Source: Clostridia bacterium
Lineage (GTDB): Bacteria > Bacillota > Clostridia > Christensenellales > Borkfalkiaceae
Direction: 5' to 3'
NCBI GenBank assembly: GCA_017621155.1
Contig: JAGATP010000007.1
Location: forward strand, 14,204 to 78,203
Length of the DNA: 64,000 nucleotides
In this document: piece by piece, positions 45,896-55,798 of the stretch
How the letters are laid out: each line of letters opens with the position of its first letter
How positions within the stretch are numbered: the first letter of the stretch is position 1
Program-made: the position numbers and the translations under genes
Notes under the pieces: model-generated
What the model was told of the DNA's origin: nothing
Seen by the model: only the letters and a program-made list of their open reading frames with translations
Database searches by the model: none

Positions 45896-46459
45896 ATGAA
45901 ATTGTATGCAATCGTCTGTGCAATCGCTGTCGTCATAATGACGGCGCTCGGCTGTTTTGCCTTTGCGCCCTATTACGGTGCGCCCGTTTGGTCTGCGCTC
46001 CTTTACGAGGCGGGGGCGATTTCCTCCGTTCTCCTCATCGATCTGGTCGTGCTTCAGATCGTCCGACTTCTTCCGGGCAAGTGGTTTTTGCCCAATCGGA
46101 AGCTGTTTAAGACGGAAGCTCCCTATTCCTTCCTGAAGATCGAAAAATGGCAGGCGGCCATTCCCTTTACCGATTCCTTTAAAAAATGCTTGCAGGAGAA
46201 TCGCGCTTCTGCCGTTTTGGAGGGCATCATCGAGACGGCGCGCGTCGAGTCGGCGCATTGGATTTTCTGTTTGCTCGGCTTTTTGACCCTTCTCTTCTTC
46301 CCCGCCAACACCCGTTTGTGGTTTTCCCTGCCCGCTTCCCTTCTTAACCTCGTTCTCGGGATTCTTCCCGCCCTCGTCGCGCGGTATCATCGTCCCCTTC
46401 TTGAAAAGAGATACAGGAATCTCATTCAGGGGGAGCGCAAAAAGGGAGAAAATACCTGA
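45896..46459 (+). CDS. membrane protein, unknown function
   Basis: 187 aa. GGGGAA SD and 4 hydrophobic segments. The 243-aa antisense ORF over it is rejected. Confidence 0.6.
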   Translation: MKLYAIVCAIAVVIMTALGCFAFAPYYGAPVWSALLYEAGAISSVLLIDLVVLQIVRLLPGKWFLPNRKLFKTEAPYSFLKIEKWQAAIPFTDSFKKCLQENRASAVLEGIIETARVESAHWIFCLLGFLTLLFFPANTRLWFSLPASLLNLVLGILPALVARYHRPLLEKRYRNLIQGERKKGENT

Positions 46460-46471
46460 TTTCGCTTTCAG

Positions 46472-46500
46472 CCGCGTTGACCGTTCAGCGCGGTTTTTTT
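46472..46500 (+). terminator. intrinsic terminator
   Basis: Imperfect stem CCGCGTTGA/TCAGCGCGG followed by TTTTTTT. Confidence 0.65.
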
Positions 46501-46607
46501 GTGGAAAGACGACCGAATTGAAATCATTCATAATTCGAAGGAACAGGCGATTGACTTTCTTTCGGCGTTTATGATACAATGAAAAAAACTACTTGAGGAG
46601 AATGCAC

Positions 46608-47858
46608 ATGATCGACTTTTCCACCATTCGCAATACCGATCCCGAGCTTTGCGCGGCGCTCGAAGAAGAGCTTGCCCGTCAGCAGGGAAACATCGAGCTC
46701 ATCGCCAGCGAAAACTTCGTTTCTCCCGCAGTGCTTGCCGCCGCGGGCAGCCACCTCACCAACAAATATGCAGAGGGGTATCCCTCTCACCGCTATTACG
46801 GCGGGTGTCAATACGTCGATAAGGCGGAGGAGCTCGCGAGAAATCGCCTCAAGGAGATTTTCGGCTGCGAGCACGCCAACGTTCAGCCCCACAGTGGCGC
46901 AAGCGCCAACCTCGCGGCATTCTTTGCGCTGTTGCAGCCCGGCGATACCGTGATGGGCATGAATCTCGCGCACGGCGGACACCTTTCGCACGGCTCTCCC
47001 GTCAACATTTCGGGAAAGTACTTTCACATCGTGCCTTACGGCGTCGATCCCGTCACCGAGCGCATCGATTACGACGAGATGGAAAAGATTGCCCTTGCTT
47101 GTCACCCTAAACTCATCGTCGCGGGCGCATCTGCCTATGCGCGGATCATCGACTTCAAGCGAATCCGCGAAATCTGCGACAAAGTCGGCGCGTACATGAT
47201 GGTGGACATCGCGCACATCGCGGGACTCGTCGCCGCGGGCGAGCATCCTTCTCCCGTTCCCTATGCCGACGTCGTGACGACGACCACCCACAAGACCCTG
47301 CGCGGGCCGAGAGGGGGCGTCATTATGTGCAAGGAGTCCCTCGCCAAGGCGATCGACAAGGCGATTTTCCCCGGCGTTCAGGGAGGCCCTCTGATGCACA
47401 TCGTCGCGGCAAAGGCGGTCGCCTTCAAGGAAGCGCTCACCCCCGAGTTTAAGGAGTATCAGCATCAGATCGTGTTAAACGCAAGGGCGATGGCGGAGGA
47501 ATTTACAAAGCTCGGCATTCGCATGGTTTCGGGAGGCACGGACAATCACCTCATTCTTCTCAATCTGGCGGATACGGGCGTTACGGGCAAGGAGCTCGAA
47601 ACCATGCTTGACGAAGTGCACATCACCGTCAATAAAAACGCCATTCCCGGCGATCCGCAGAAGCCCTCGATTACCAGCGGCATTCGCGTCGGCACGCCTG
47701 CCATGACCACCCGCGGCATGAAGGAAGAGGAGGCGAGAATCGTCGCAAGGCTGATCACGCGGGTCATTCGCGAGAAAGAGGCTTGCTTTGAGGAAGTCAA
47801 GGCAGAGGTCGCGCGCCTTTGCGCCGCATATCCTCTGTACGAAGGCTGTATTATTTAA
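46608..47858 (+). CDS. glyA: serine hydroxymethyltransferase
   Basis: I choose the ATG at 46608, which lies 7 nt after a GAGGAG SD; the ORF track begins at a TTG at 46593. PLP-lysine motif [14 protein letters not shown]. Confidence 0.93.
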   Translation: MIDFSTIRNTDPELCAALEEELARQQGNIELIASENFVSPAVLAAAGSHLTNKYAEGYPSHRYYGGCQYVDKAEELARNRLKEIFGCEHANVQPHSGASANLAAFFALLQPGDTVMGMNLAHGGHLSHGSPVNISGKYFHIVPYGVDPVTERIDYDEMEKIALACHPKLIVAGASAYARIIDFKRIREICDKVGAYMMVDIAHIAGLVAAGEHPSPVPYADVVTTTTHKTLRGPRGGVIMCKESLAKAIDKAIFPGVQGGPLMHIVAAKAVAFKEALTPEFKEYQHQIVLNARAMAEEFTKLGIRMVSGGTDNHLILLNLADTGVTGKELETMLDEVHITVNKNAIPGDPQKPSITSGIRVGTPAMTTRGMKEEEARIVARLITRVIREKEACFEEVKAEVARLCAAYPLYEGCII

Positions 47859-47873
47859 AAGAGAAAAGCAAAC

Positions 47874-47906
47874 GGGCGCCCCGAAGCCATCGGCTTCGGG
47901 GCGCCC
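47874..47906. terminator. bidirectional terminator between convergent glyA and the kinase gene
   Basis: A 15-bp stem GGGCGCCCCGAAGCC/GGCTTCGGGGCGCCC followed by TTCTTTTG. Confidence 0.85.
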
Positions 47907-47923
47907 TTCTTTTGTGATAGAAC

Positions 47924-48955
47924 TTAAGGCAAACGGACGGTAAAGGTCGAACCCTTGTTCGGCGCGCTCGAAACTTCGATCGTCCCGCCCGAAAGGGAGA
48001 TAATTTTCTTCACGATGGCAAGACCCAGCCCGTTTCCCGCCTGAGAATGCGCCTTGTCTCCCTGATAAAATTTCTCGAAGATGCGCTTTTGCGTCTCTTC
48101 GTCCATGCCGATGCCCTCGTCGGAGACGGTGACCTGCAGGGTATCCTTTTCTTCGAGGGTAACGCCGATCGTGCCGTTCGGCCCCGAAAACTTGATCGCG
48201 TTGGAAAGCAAATTGTACCAGACTTCGAAGAGCAGTTCTTTGTCGCCCGTATAGGAGACGGACGGAAGGTCGAGGCGAAATTCGATTTCCTTTTTCTCCC
48301 ATTCCGTTTCGAGGCAGACGATGACTTCGCGAATCTGCTCGTCGAGGGAGAAGGTCGTCTTTTTGAGAATGGCTTTTTGCTCTAACTTGGAAAGGCGCAA
48401 AATGCTTCCCGTAAGAACGGAGAGATTTTTTGCGTTGTCGATGATCTTTTTGAGGTATTCCTCCTGCTTTTCTTTTGGAATATTTTCCCTCTGCAGGAGC
48501 ATGGCGTATCCCTCGATGGCGGTGAGCGGCGTCTTGAACTCATGGGACACGTTTGCCACGAAGTCCGAGCGGAGAATTTCGGTGTTTTGCAGTTCTTCCG
48601 CCATGCGGTTGAAGTTTTCGTACATCTCGTCGATGGGCGGAATTTTCGTCTTCGCCTCGATTTTTGTGGAAAAGCTTCCCGAAGAGACGGATTGCAGGGA
48701 TTGGTTCAAAACGTCGAAGGGGGCGAGCAGCTTTTTGCCGATCAGATAAGCGCACAGAGCGTCGAGCGCGAGCTTTCCCAAGGTGAAAAACGCGAGGGAA
48801 AGGGGAGAAAAGAGGGTTTCGACGTCGATGAAGCCGCCTTGATGAAGAAGAACGACTGCGACGCCGATGCCCGAAGAGATGGAGTTGAAGAGGACGAGAA
48901 TGGGAATGACGACGCGAAACCACAGCGCCGTGATGCCGATAAATTCTTTTTTCAT
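47924..48955 (-). CDS. sensor histidine kinase (HisKA plus HATPase_c)
   Basis: 343 aa. Two TM segments, H-box SHEFKTPLTAIEGY and G-box GNGLGLAIVKK. Confidence 0.9.
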   Translation of the reverse strand: MKKEFIGITALWFRVVIPILVLFNSISSGIGVAVVLLHQGGFIDVETLFSPLSLAFFTLGKLALDALCAYLIGKKLLAPFDVLNQSLQSVSSGSFSTKIEAKTKIPPIDEMYENFNRMAEELQNTEILRSDFVANVSHEFKTPLTAIEGYAMLLQRENIPKEKQEEYLKKIIDNAKNLSVLTGSILRLSKLEQKAILKKTTFSLDEQIREVIVCLETEWEKKEIEFRLDLPSVSYTGDKELLFEVWYNLLSNAIKFSGPNGTIGVTLEEKDTLQVTVSDEGIGMDEETQKRIFEKFYQGDKAHSQAGNGLGLAIVKKIISLSGGTIEVSSAPNKGSTFTVRLP

Positions 48956-49623
48956 TTTTTGACCGCCTTGTAGCCGAGTCCCCGAATGGTAACAATCTCG
49001 AAATCGGGGCAGTCTGAAAATCGCTCTCTGAGTCGGTTGATGTGCGTGTTGATCGTCTTTTCGTCGCTCTCGGAGTCCATGCCCCAGATTTCGTCCATCA
49101 GGCGTTGCCTCGTGAAAATTTTATTCGGATAGGAGAGAAATCGAAAGAGAAGCTGAAATTCCTTTAAGGGGAGAATGATTTCCTTCCCCTCGGAAAAGAC
49201 GGTCATCGATTCGGAGTCGAGAATGGTCGAGCCGACCTGGACTTTTTGTTCGGCGTTGATCTTTGCGCGGCGGAGGAGAGCTTTGACGCGGAGAAGGAGC
49301 TCCTTCGTATTGACGGGCTTGATCATGTAGTCGTCCGCGCCCGTCGAAAACACCGTCTGCATGGATTCGTAATCGTCCCGCGCCGTGACGATGAGAATGG
49401 GCAGAGTTTTATCCGTCTTTCTCACGATTTTGACCAATTCCTGCCCGCTTAAGTTCGGCATCATGAGATCGGCAATCAAAAGATCGATTTTTTGCTGTTC
49501 CATCTTTTCGAGCGCTTTCAGCCCGTCCGACGCGCCGAAGACGTTGTATCCGCTTTCGGACAGCACCTCGTAAAAAAGCTCTAAAAGATCGGGATTGTCC
49601 TCGACAATGAGAAGATTCGACAT
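48952..49623 (-). CDS. OmpR/PhoB-type response regulator
   Basis: I take the start at MSNLLIVEDNPDL. Receiver plus a winged-helix domain (TIRGLGYKA). It overlaps the kinase gene by 4 nt. Confidence 0.9.
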   Translation of the reverse strand: MSNLLIVEDNPDLLELFYEVLSESGYNVFGASDGLKALEKMEQQKIDLLIADLMMPNLSGQELVKIVRKTDKTLPILIVTARDDYESMQTVFSTGADDYMIKPVNTKELLLRVKALLRRAKINAEQKVQVGSTILDSESMTVFSEGKEIILPLKEFQLLFRFLSYPNKIFTRQRLMDEIWGMDSESDEKTINTHINRLRERFSDCPDFEIVTIRGLGYKAVKK

Positions 49624-49716
49624 GGCTTTTGTTCTCCTTTTCTTCATTATACCACATCGAGATAAACGGAGGGTAAATTTTCGCAAAAAAATAAAACTTT
49701 TTTTGCGGTTTACTTC

Positions 49717-49738
49717 CCGTTTATCTTCCGTTTATCTT
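49717..49738 (+). repeat. perfect tandem direct repeat CCGTTTATCTT x2 (candidate response-regulator box)
   Basis: Copies at 49717-49727 and 49728-49738 lie just upstream of a -10-like TATGGT/TATGCT. An inverted copy AGATAAACGG lies at 49660-49669. Confidence 0.6.
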
Positions 49739-49780
49739 TTTATGGTATGCTTTGGGAAAGTCAAACGAGGAGGATTTCGT

Positions 49781-52069
49781 ATGCTACAGTTAAACGAGAT
49801 CAAAAAGACATACGGCGAGAAGGAAGCGGCTGTCGAAGCGCTTAAAGGGGTTTCTCTTTCCTTTCGACGTGCGGAGTTCGTGTCCGTTTTAGGGCCTTCG
49901 GGTTGCGGAAAGACGACCCTTTTGAATATCATCGGAGGGCTTGATCGGTACACGTCGGGGGATCTTTCTATCAACGGCGTTTCGACGAAGGACTATCGGG
50001 ACAGGGATTGGGACACCTACCGCAACCATACGGTCGGATTCGTCTTTCAAAGCTACAATTTAATTCCCCACCAGACCGTTCTCGAAAACGTCGAGCTGAC
50101 ATTGACCCTCTGCGGCATCACCGCTGCCGAGCGCAAGAGAAGGGCAAAAGAAGCGCTCAAGGCGGTCGGGCTTGAGGAGAAAATCAATAAAAAGCCGAGC
50201 GAGCTGTCCGGCGGACAGATGCAGCGGGTTTCCATCGCCCGCGCCCTCGTGGGAAATCCCGAAATCGTCCTCGCCGACGAGCCGACGGGCGCGCTCGACA
50301 GCGAAACGAGCGAGACGGTCATGCAGATTTTAAAGGAAATCTCCAAGACCAAGCTCGTCATCATGGTCACGCACAATCCCGACCTTGCCGAGCGCTATTC
50401 CGACCGCATCGTAAAGATGTTGGATGGAAGGGTGGTGGAGGACACGAATCCCTACGAGGGAGAGAGCTCCTTTTCGCAGGAGAAAAAGGGAAAGAACTCC
50501 GCGATGTCCTTCTTGACGGCGCTCTACCTTTCGGGAAAGAATCTCCTTTCCAAAAAGAGAAGAACGACCGTCACGAGCTTTGCCGCCTCCATCGGGCTCA
50601 TCGGCATTGCCGTGATCCTCTCCATCAGCAACGGCATGAGCGCTTACATCGAGAGCAGTATGCTCGACAACGCTTCCCTTCAGCAGGTCATTCTTCGCTC
50701 GACGACAACCGTCTACGAGCAGGGCGAGGAAACGCCTGCCGTCAAGTTCCCCGAAGGGACGACGGGGGTAACACCCTACGAGGCGCAGACGGTGAAGAAC
50801 AAGAGGCAGGATCTCAGCGCGATCTCGGAGTATCTCAAAGAGGAGGCAGAGGAGCTGACCCTCGACATCGCCCTCTCTTACGGAATGCAGATGCCCATTC
50901 TCTATCGGGACGGGGAAACCTATTTGCCCATTCCGAGCGATAGCTGGAGTGAATGCTTGGGGAACGCCGCCTACCTTGCGGAAAAGTATACCGTGCTCGC
51001 AGGCGAAGGATTCCCTCAAGAGAAGGGAGAAATCTCCCTCGTTGTCGACGAATACAATCGCCTTCCCGCCGCGACGCTGACTTCCCTCGGCTTTTTTGCC
51101 GAAAACGGTGAAATCGCCTATTCCGAAATCGTCGGCAGGGAATATCGCGTGATCGCCAACGACGATTGGTACGTCGAGGAAAACGGAATCTTCCGAACGA
51201 AGGGGACGACCGAGTCCCAAAGCGCCTATGAAAGGGGAATTTCCGTCAAAATCAAGAGCGTGCTCCGCGCTACCAGCGAGGATATTTCCTACCTCTCGGA
51301 GGGAATCGTCTATTCCAAACAGCTGACCGAGTTTTTGTTGGAGCAAAACGGGGCGTCCAAAGTCTACCTTGCACAGCTCGAAAATAAGGAGACGGACGTG
51401 ACGACTGGCATGCCCTTCGGAAACGGCAGCATGGACGTCGGCACGGATTACGGCGGTGGAATGCCCTCTTTCTCGACGACCCACGAGGATAAGCTCGCAT
51501 CGCTCGGCGCGCCTTCTCCTTCTTGTATCGTCCTCTATCCCTTGGACGTCAACGCCAAGGAGGAAATCGTCGGGCTCATCGATCGCTGGAACGAAACGCA
51601 CGAGCCGATCGGCTATCTCGATCTTTCTAATGCGGTTTCCGCCGCGCTCGGCTCTTTGGTCAACATCGTCACCTACGTTCTCGTCGCCTTTTCCGTCCTT
51701 TCCCTCGTGATCTCCTCCATCATGATCGCCATCATTATCTACGCTTCCGTCATCGAACGGACGAAGGAGATCGGCGTGCTTCGCTCCGTCGGCGCGAGGA
51801 AAAAGGACATCAGCAGGGTGTTCCGGGCAGAGGCTGTCATTTTAGGCGGACTTTCGGGCGGCGTTGCCGTTCTCGTTTCCTGCCTTTTGAACGGGACAAT
51901 CAACCTGTTGATCGGGAAAATGGTCGGAGTTTCCTCGATTGCGACGCTCTCTCCGCTCACTGCACTCTTTCTCGTCGCTCTGAGCATCGTTCTTCTCCTC
52001 ATCGCGAGCCTGATTCCCGCAAAAATCGCCTCGAAAAAGCAACCCGCGATCGCCCTTCGCACGGAGTAA
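49781..52069 (+). CDS. fused ABC transporter ATPase plus FtsX-type permease (MacB-like)
   Basis: I take the start at MLQLNEIKKTYG with a GAGGAGG SD. Walker A GPSGCGKTT, signature LSGGQ, Walker B LADEPT. C-terminal FtsX domain (ERTKEIGVLRSVGA). Confidence 0.9.
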   Translation: MLQLNEIKKTYGEKEAAVEALKGVSLSFRRAEFVSVLGPSGCGKTTLLNIIGGLDRYTSGDLSINGVSTKDYRDRDWDTYRNHTVGFVFQSYNLIPHQTVLENVELTLTLCGITAAERKRRAKEALKAVGLEEKINKKPSELSGGQMQRVSIARALVGNPEIVLADEPTGALDSETSETVMQILKEISKTKLVIMVTHNPDLAERYSDRIVKMLDGRVVEDTNPYEGESSFSQEKKGKNSAMSFLTALYLSGKNLLSKKRRTTVTSFAASIGLIGIAVILSISNGMSAYIESSMLDNASLQQVILRSTTTVYEQGEETPAVKFPEGTTGVTPYEAQTVKNKRQDLSAISEYLKEEAEELTLDIALSYGMQMPILYRDGETYLPIPSDSWSECLGNAAYLAEKYTVLAGEGFPQEKGEISLVVDEYNRLPAATLTSLGFFAENGEIAYSEIVGREYRVIANDDWYVEENGIFRTKGTTESQSAYERGISVKIKSVLRATSEDISYLSEGIVYSKQLTEFLLEQNGASKVYLAQLENKETDVTTGMPFGNGSMDVGTDYGGGMPSFSTTHEDKLASLGAPSPSCIVLYPLDVNAKEEIVGLIDRWNETHEPIGYLDLSNAVSAALGSLVNIVTYVLVAFSVLSLVISSIMIAIIIYASVIERTKEIGVLRSVGARKKDISRVFRAEAVILGGLSGGVAVLVSCLLNGTINLLIGKMVGVSSIATLSPLTALFLVALSIVLLLIASLIPAKIASKKQPAIALRTE

Positions 52070-52117
52070 GCCTTTTTGCGGCGATCCGCAAAAGCCCTCG
52101 ATCATCATTTGAAACTC

Positions 52118-52153
52118 GGGCGGAGCAAGAAAAAATCTTGCTCTGCCCTTTTT
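52118..52153 (+). terminator. intrinsic terminator after the first ABC gene
   Basis: Stem GGGCGGAGCAAG/CTTGCTCTGCCC (one mismatch) followed by TTTTT. Confidence 0.8.
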
Positions 52154-52210
52154 GTTTGCTTTTATTCAAAGGAACTTGATAAAAACTTTTTTGATTGTAT
52201 TCAAAAATAT

Positions 52211-52239
52211 TTGACAAGAAAAGGAAATTCTGATACAAT
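52211..52239 (+). promoter_or_regulatory. sigma-A type promoter (TTGACA-17-TACAAT, TG-extended) for the second ABC gene
   Basis: TTGACA at 52211-52216, with tgaTACAAT ending at 52239. The leader is about 100 nt. Confidence 0.75.
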
Positions 52240-52345
52240 ATGAAATAATAAATGATTATGTAGGTAATAAAACGAAACAAAGCAATATCAGTAGTGGGAT
52301 TGCTTTCGATTGATGAAAAAATGAGTCGATAAAAAAGGATACAAC

Positions 52346-54496
52346 ATGATCTGTTTGAACTCGGTTTCGAAAGAATACGGGACAAAGCGAAAGAAGGTTT
52401 TGGCATTGGATGACGTCAATCTTGTTCTTCCCGAAAGGGGAATGGTTTTTCTTTTGGGGAAGAGCGGGAGCGGCAAGACGACGCTGTTGAATCTGATCGG
52501 CGGATTGGATACGCCGACAAAAGGCGAAATCGTGGTTGGAGACAGATCTCTTTCGGCGTTTTCACAGGATGAGTTGGACGACTACCGAAACGTCTATGCG
52601 GGATTTGTTTTTCAGGAATACAATCTGATCGAAGGAGAAAACGTCGCGTCGAATGTCGGACTGGCGCTTTCGCTGCAAGGAAGGTCTTTTGACCTTCCTT
52701 TGATCGATTCCGTGCTCCGAAAGGTCGATCTGATCGGATCGGACGGAAATACCCTTCGGGACAAGCGGATCGGCGAGCTTTCGGGCGGACAAAAGCAGAG
52801 GGTTGCCATTGCGCGCGCTCTCGTAAAAGATCCGAAAATGATTTTAGCAGACGAGCCGACGGGTGCGCTCGATTCCAAGACGGGGGATATGTTATTCTCG
52901 CTGCTCAAAGAATTGTCAAAAGATCGACTGATCGTCGTCGTCACGCATGATCGGGACAATGCCGAAAAATATGCGGATCGGATTATCAAGCTGGCGGATG
53001 GAAAAATCGCCTCCGACAGTTGTCCTGCGACAGAAGAAAAGAAGCCCTTTTCCGAAATAAAAGGGGGGCGCTTTCCGTTTCGCCGCGCATTTAAAATGGG
53101 GCTTCGGGGGCTGGGGTGCCGTCCGTTCCGATTGATCAGTTCTTTGATTCTTTCCTTGATTTGTTTTGTCGTGTCCGCACTTATGGTTAGCTTTGCCTCT
53201 GTCAATCAGGCAGGCGTAGCGATTGCATCTGCCTATGAACAGGGATTTCAGATCGCAAAGATCGGATATGGGGGATCGGGTAGCTATCGCGCATGGTTTT
53301 CGGAAGAACAGCTTGCATTGATTCGTTCGTATACCGGAAAGGAAGAGATTGCAGAGGCGTCCGGGTATTTGCCCGAAGCTACAACGAGCTTAATTTTTCG
53401 CGAGCTTCCTCATTTTGAAGGGGATATTTATAAAAACAAAACGAACCCGTATTTCGACGCTTTAAATGGTTATTCGGTCATGGAGATTGATTGGAAAACA
53501 GGGGAGGAGGATTGGGACTTGACGCCTGATCCCCGCGTCCGAAACGGCGTTTGTCGGCTGCCTAAGGAAAAAGATGAGATTGCAATCACGGACTTTTTGG
53601 CAAACGCGATGTTAAGATTCGGAATTTGGGGCTATCCGCAAAACCCTGAAAGCATAGACGATATCATCGGAAAGCAATTATACGGCTATACGATTGTCGG
53701 GGTTTATCGGACGGAAATCCCCGCTTCTTTGATTGAACAGTATGATCGCGACTTTGGCACGAATTGGAGGACGGACGAGCCAATGCTGAAATATTTGGCA
53801 AATGGGGTAAAGGATACCATATTATCCGCAATCTTCGTGTGTCGGGATCTCTTTGAAGGGGAGAGGGGGTCCGCATTCATCAAATTGAGCGGAAATATCG
53901 ATCGGGATCTTGATTTTCTCAAACGCTTTCAGCTCCTTGACGTCGAGATGGATTTGGATTATTATCTTGATGAGAATACTCCGGGTCATTTTGAAACGGA
54001 AGAAGAGGTGCGCCTTTTTATCGGAAAACCGAGTATTCTGACGCTATACAGCGATCAAGTGTCCGCTTCGATTTCCATGCAGCTCTATCGTACGTTGACC
54101 AGAACAATTTTCGCTCCGTATTTTAAGTGCGCGCTCGGGGTTAGTTTTGTTTTCTCCGTTCTTCTGACCATGAATTTTCTGAGTGCAAGCCTCGATAGCA
54201 GGAGGAAAGAGTTGGGGATTCTACGCGCGATCGGAGCAAAAAGGAGAGACCTTGTAAAAATATGCCTGTCGGAAAGTCTTTCTCTCGCCGTAATTGAATG
54301 TGTCCTTTCCGTGATTCTATGCATCGTCGCCTGTTCTACAATTAACAAAGTGCAACAGCTTTCGATTTTGTCCGCTTTTTGGTATCCCGTTCTGACGATT
54401 TTTGTGCTCTCTATTTTTGTCACGTTGGTCGCAACGGTGATCCCCGTATTGCGTTTGACGAGCAAAAAACCCGCGGAAATCCTGAAAAACGCTTGA
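52346..54496 (+). CDS. fused ABC transporter ATPase plus FtsX-type permease (second copy)
   Basis: 716 aa. Walker [10 protein letters not shown], signature LSGGQKQR, Walker [12 protein letters not shown]-terminal FtsX domain ([13 protein letters not shown]). Confidence 0.9.
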   Translation: MICLNSVSKEYGTKRKKVLALDDVNLVLPERGMVFLLGKSGSGKTTLLNLIGGLDTPTKGEIVVGDRSLSAFSQDELDDYRNVYAGFVFQEYNLIEGENVASNVGLALSLQGRSFDLPLIDSVLRKVDLIGSDGNTLRDKRIGELSGGQKQRVAIARALVKDPKMILADEPTGALDSKTGDMLFSLLKELSKDRLIVVVTHDRDNAEKYADRIIKLADGKIASDSCPATEEKKPFSEIKGGRFPFRRAFKMGLRGLGCRPFRLISSLILSLICFVVSALMVSFASVNQAGVAIASAYEQGFQIAKIGYGGSGSYRAWFSEEQLALIRSYTGKEEIAEASGYLPEATTSLIFRELPHFEGDIYKNKTNPYFDALNGYSVMEIDWKTGEEDWDLTPDPRVRNGVCRLPKEKDEIAITDFLANAMLRFGIWGYPQNPESIDDIIGKQLYGYTIVGVYRTEIPASLIEQYDRDFGTNWRTDEPMLKYLANGVKDTILSAIFVCRDLFEGERGSAFIKLSGNIDRDLDFLKRFQLLDVEMDLDYYLDENTPGHFETEEEVRLFIGKPSILTLYSDQVSASISMQLYRTLTRTIFAPYFKCALGVSFVFSVLLTMNFLSASLDSRRKELGILRAIGAKRRDLVKICLSESLSLAVIECVLSVILCIVACSTINKVQQLSILSAFWYPVLTIFVLSIFVTLVATVIPVLRLTSKKPAEILKNA

Positions 54497-54521
54497 CAGA
54501 ATGCAGCGTTTTCTCTATAAT
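54493..54521 (+). promoter_or_regulatory. sigma-A type promoter (TTGACA-17-TATAAT) driving the FMN riboswitch
   Basis: TTGACA at 54493-54498 and TATAAT at 54516-54521. It overlaps the last codons of the ABC gene. Confidence 0.75.
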
Positions 54522-54529
54522 AAAATCAC

Positions 54530-54650
54530 AATATTCTTTGGGGCGGGGTGAAATTCCCCACCGGCAGTAAAGTCTGCGAAGCTTTTTCGAAAGCCCGATC
54601 GGGTGCAATTCCCGAACCGACGGTAAAGTCCGGATGAGAAAAGAAGGATG
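54530..54650 (+). promoter_or_regulatory. FMN riboswitch (RFN element)
   Basis: Conserved RFN cores are present: GGGGCGGGGTGAAATTCCCCACCGGCAGTAAA, AGCCCGATCGGGTGCAATTCCCGAA and CCGACGGTAAAGTCCGGATGAGAAAAGAAGG. P1 is closed by TTCTTT/AAAGAA. Confidence 0.9.
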
Positions 54651-54671
54651 GGCAAGGTTTGCATTGTTCCG

Positions 54672-54699
54672 CCGCTCCGTTTTTTCGGAGCGGTTTTTT
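54672..54699 (+). terminator. riboswitch expression-platform terminator
   Basis: Stem CCGCTCCG/CGGAGCGG with loop TTTTTT, followed by TTTTTT. Confidence 0.85.
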
Positions 54700-54740
54700 C
54701 GTTCAAAGAATACTGAATATTTTTTTCGGAGGTTCTTTTT

Positions 54741-55307
54741 ATGAAAGAACAAAGTGCAAAAAAAGAGTGGTTTTCCGCCAAGCGGATCGCCAAGATCGCC
54801 GTCTTTGCGGCGCTCGCCTACGCCATCAGCTGGCTCGAATTTCCCATCGTCCCCGCCGTTCCCTTTTTAAAGCTGGATTTTGGCAACGTGTTTATCCTCC
54901 TCTCCTCCTTCCTCTTCGGGCCGATCGAGGGAATCGTCGTGTGTTTTATCAAGGAGGCGCTCCGCGCCCTCACTTCGTCCACGGGCGGCGTGGGCGAAAT
55001 CGCGAACTTCGGAGTGACGACGGCGTTTCTCCTCATTCCTTCTGTCGTCTATCGCTTCAAAAAGGGAATCCTCGTCGTCCTCTTTACCATGGCAATCGCC
55101 TGCTGCGTGCAGATCGGGGCGTCCCTCCTCATGAATCGCTACGTCAACTTCCCGCTGTTCGGCTCGCTCTCGAATTTCGACGGCGTTGCGCTCTTTTATG
55201 AAGTGTGGGGGGCGATCGTCCTCTTCAATGCGATCAAGGGGATTTCGGTGTGCGCGCTCACCTTCTTGCTCTACAAAAGGCTCGAAAAGCTCCTTGCGCG
55301 CTTTTAA
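54741..55307 (+). CDS. ribU: ECF-transporter S component for riboflavin (RibU-like)
   Basis: 188 aa. Five or six TM segments with the motif FLKLDFGNVFILLSSFLFGP. It lies directly downstream of the FMN riboswitch. Confidence 0.85.
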   Translation: MKEQSAKKEWFSAKRIAKIAVFAALAYAISWLEFPIVPAVPFLKLDFGNVFILLSSFLFGPIEGIVVCFIKEALRALTSSTGGVGEIANFGVTTAFLLIPSVVYRFKKGILVVLFTMAIACCVQIGASLLMNRYVNFPLFGSLSNFDGVALFYEVWGAIVLFNAIKGISVCALTFLLYKRLEKLLARF

Positions 55308-55362
55308 AGGAGCGCTTTAAAAGGCTTTTCCCAAAGCCGATCAATTTTCTTTGAAAAAACCA

Positions 55363-55391
55363 TTGCAAAAAATTGCCATTCGTATTATAAT
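55363..55391 (+). promoter_or_regulatory. sigma-A type promoter (TTGCAA-17-TATAAT) abutting the tsaE start
   Basis: TTGCAA at 55363-55368 and TATAAT at 55386-55391. The candidate start codons lie at 55394 and 55400. Confidence 0.6.
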
Positions 55392-55399
55392 AAATGCGT

Positions 55400-55798
55400 A
55401 TGGCAATTTTGATTTCGCACAGCGCGGAAGAGACCTTTCGCATCGCAGAAGAATATGCAAAGACCTTGAAGGCAGGGGACGTCGTGCGCTTAGATGGCGA
55501 GATGGGCGCGGGCAAGACAGTGTTTGCAAAGGGAGTCGCCAAGGGCTTGGGCATCCGAGAGGAAGTGACCTCTCCCACCTACGCCTATATGAACGACTAC
55601 GGCGGCGTCCTTTATCACTACGATTGCTATCGCATTGACGCCGAAAAGGCGGAGGCGCTCGGACTTTCCGATTATTTCTACGCCAAAGGGGTTTGCCTCG
55701 TCGAATGGGCTGAGAACATCGAGGAACTTTTGCCTCTTGAGACGAAGCGCGTTTTCATTCGCAAGCTGAGCGAAACGCAAAGGGAGATTACACTTTGA
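55400..55798 (+). CDS. tsaE: tRNA t6A37 biosynthesis ATPase TsaE
   Basis: P-loop GEMGAGKT. I prefer the start at 55400 (MAILISH...) over the ORF-track start at 55394, because 55394 lies only 2 nt after the -10 box. There is no SD before either ATG. Confidence 0.85.
   Translation: MAILISHSAEETFRIAEEYAKTLKAGDVVRLDGEMGAGKTVFAKGVAKGLGIREEVTSPTYAYMNDYGGVLYHYDCYRIDAEKAEALGLSDYFYAKGVCLVEWAENIEELLPLETKRVFIRKLSETQREITL

Noticed and set aside
49682-49707. Inverted repeat CGCAAAAAAA...TTTTTTTGCG between the divergent TCS and ABC genes
   Set aside because: The stem is almost pure A/T with only 3 GC pairs, so it is unlikely to be stable. It may simply be A/T-rich promoter DNA.
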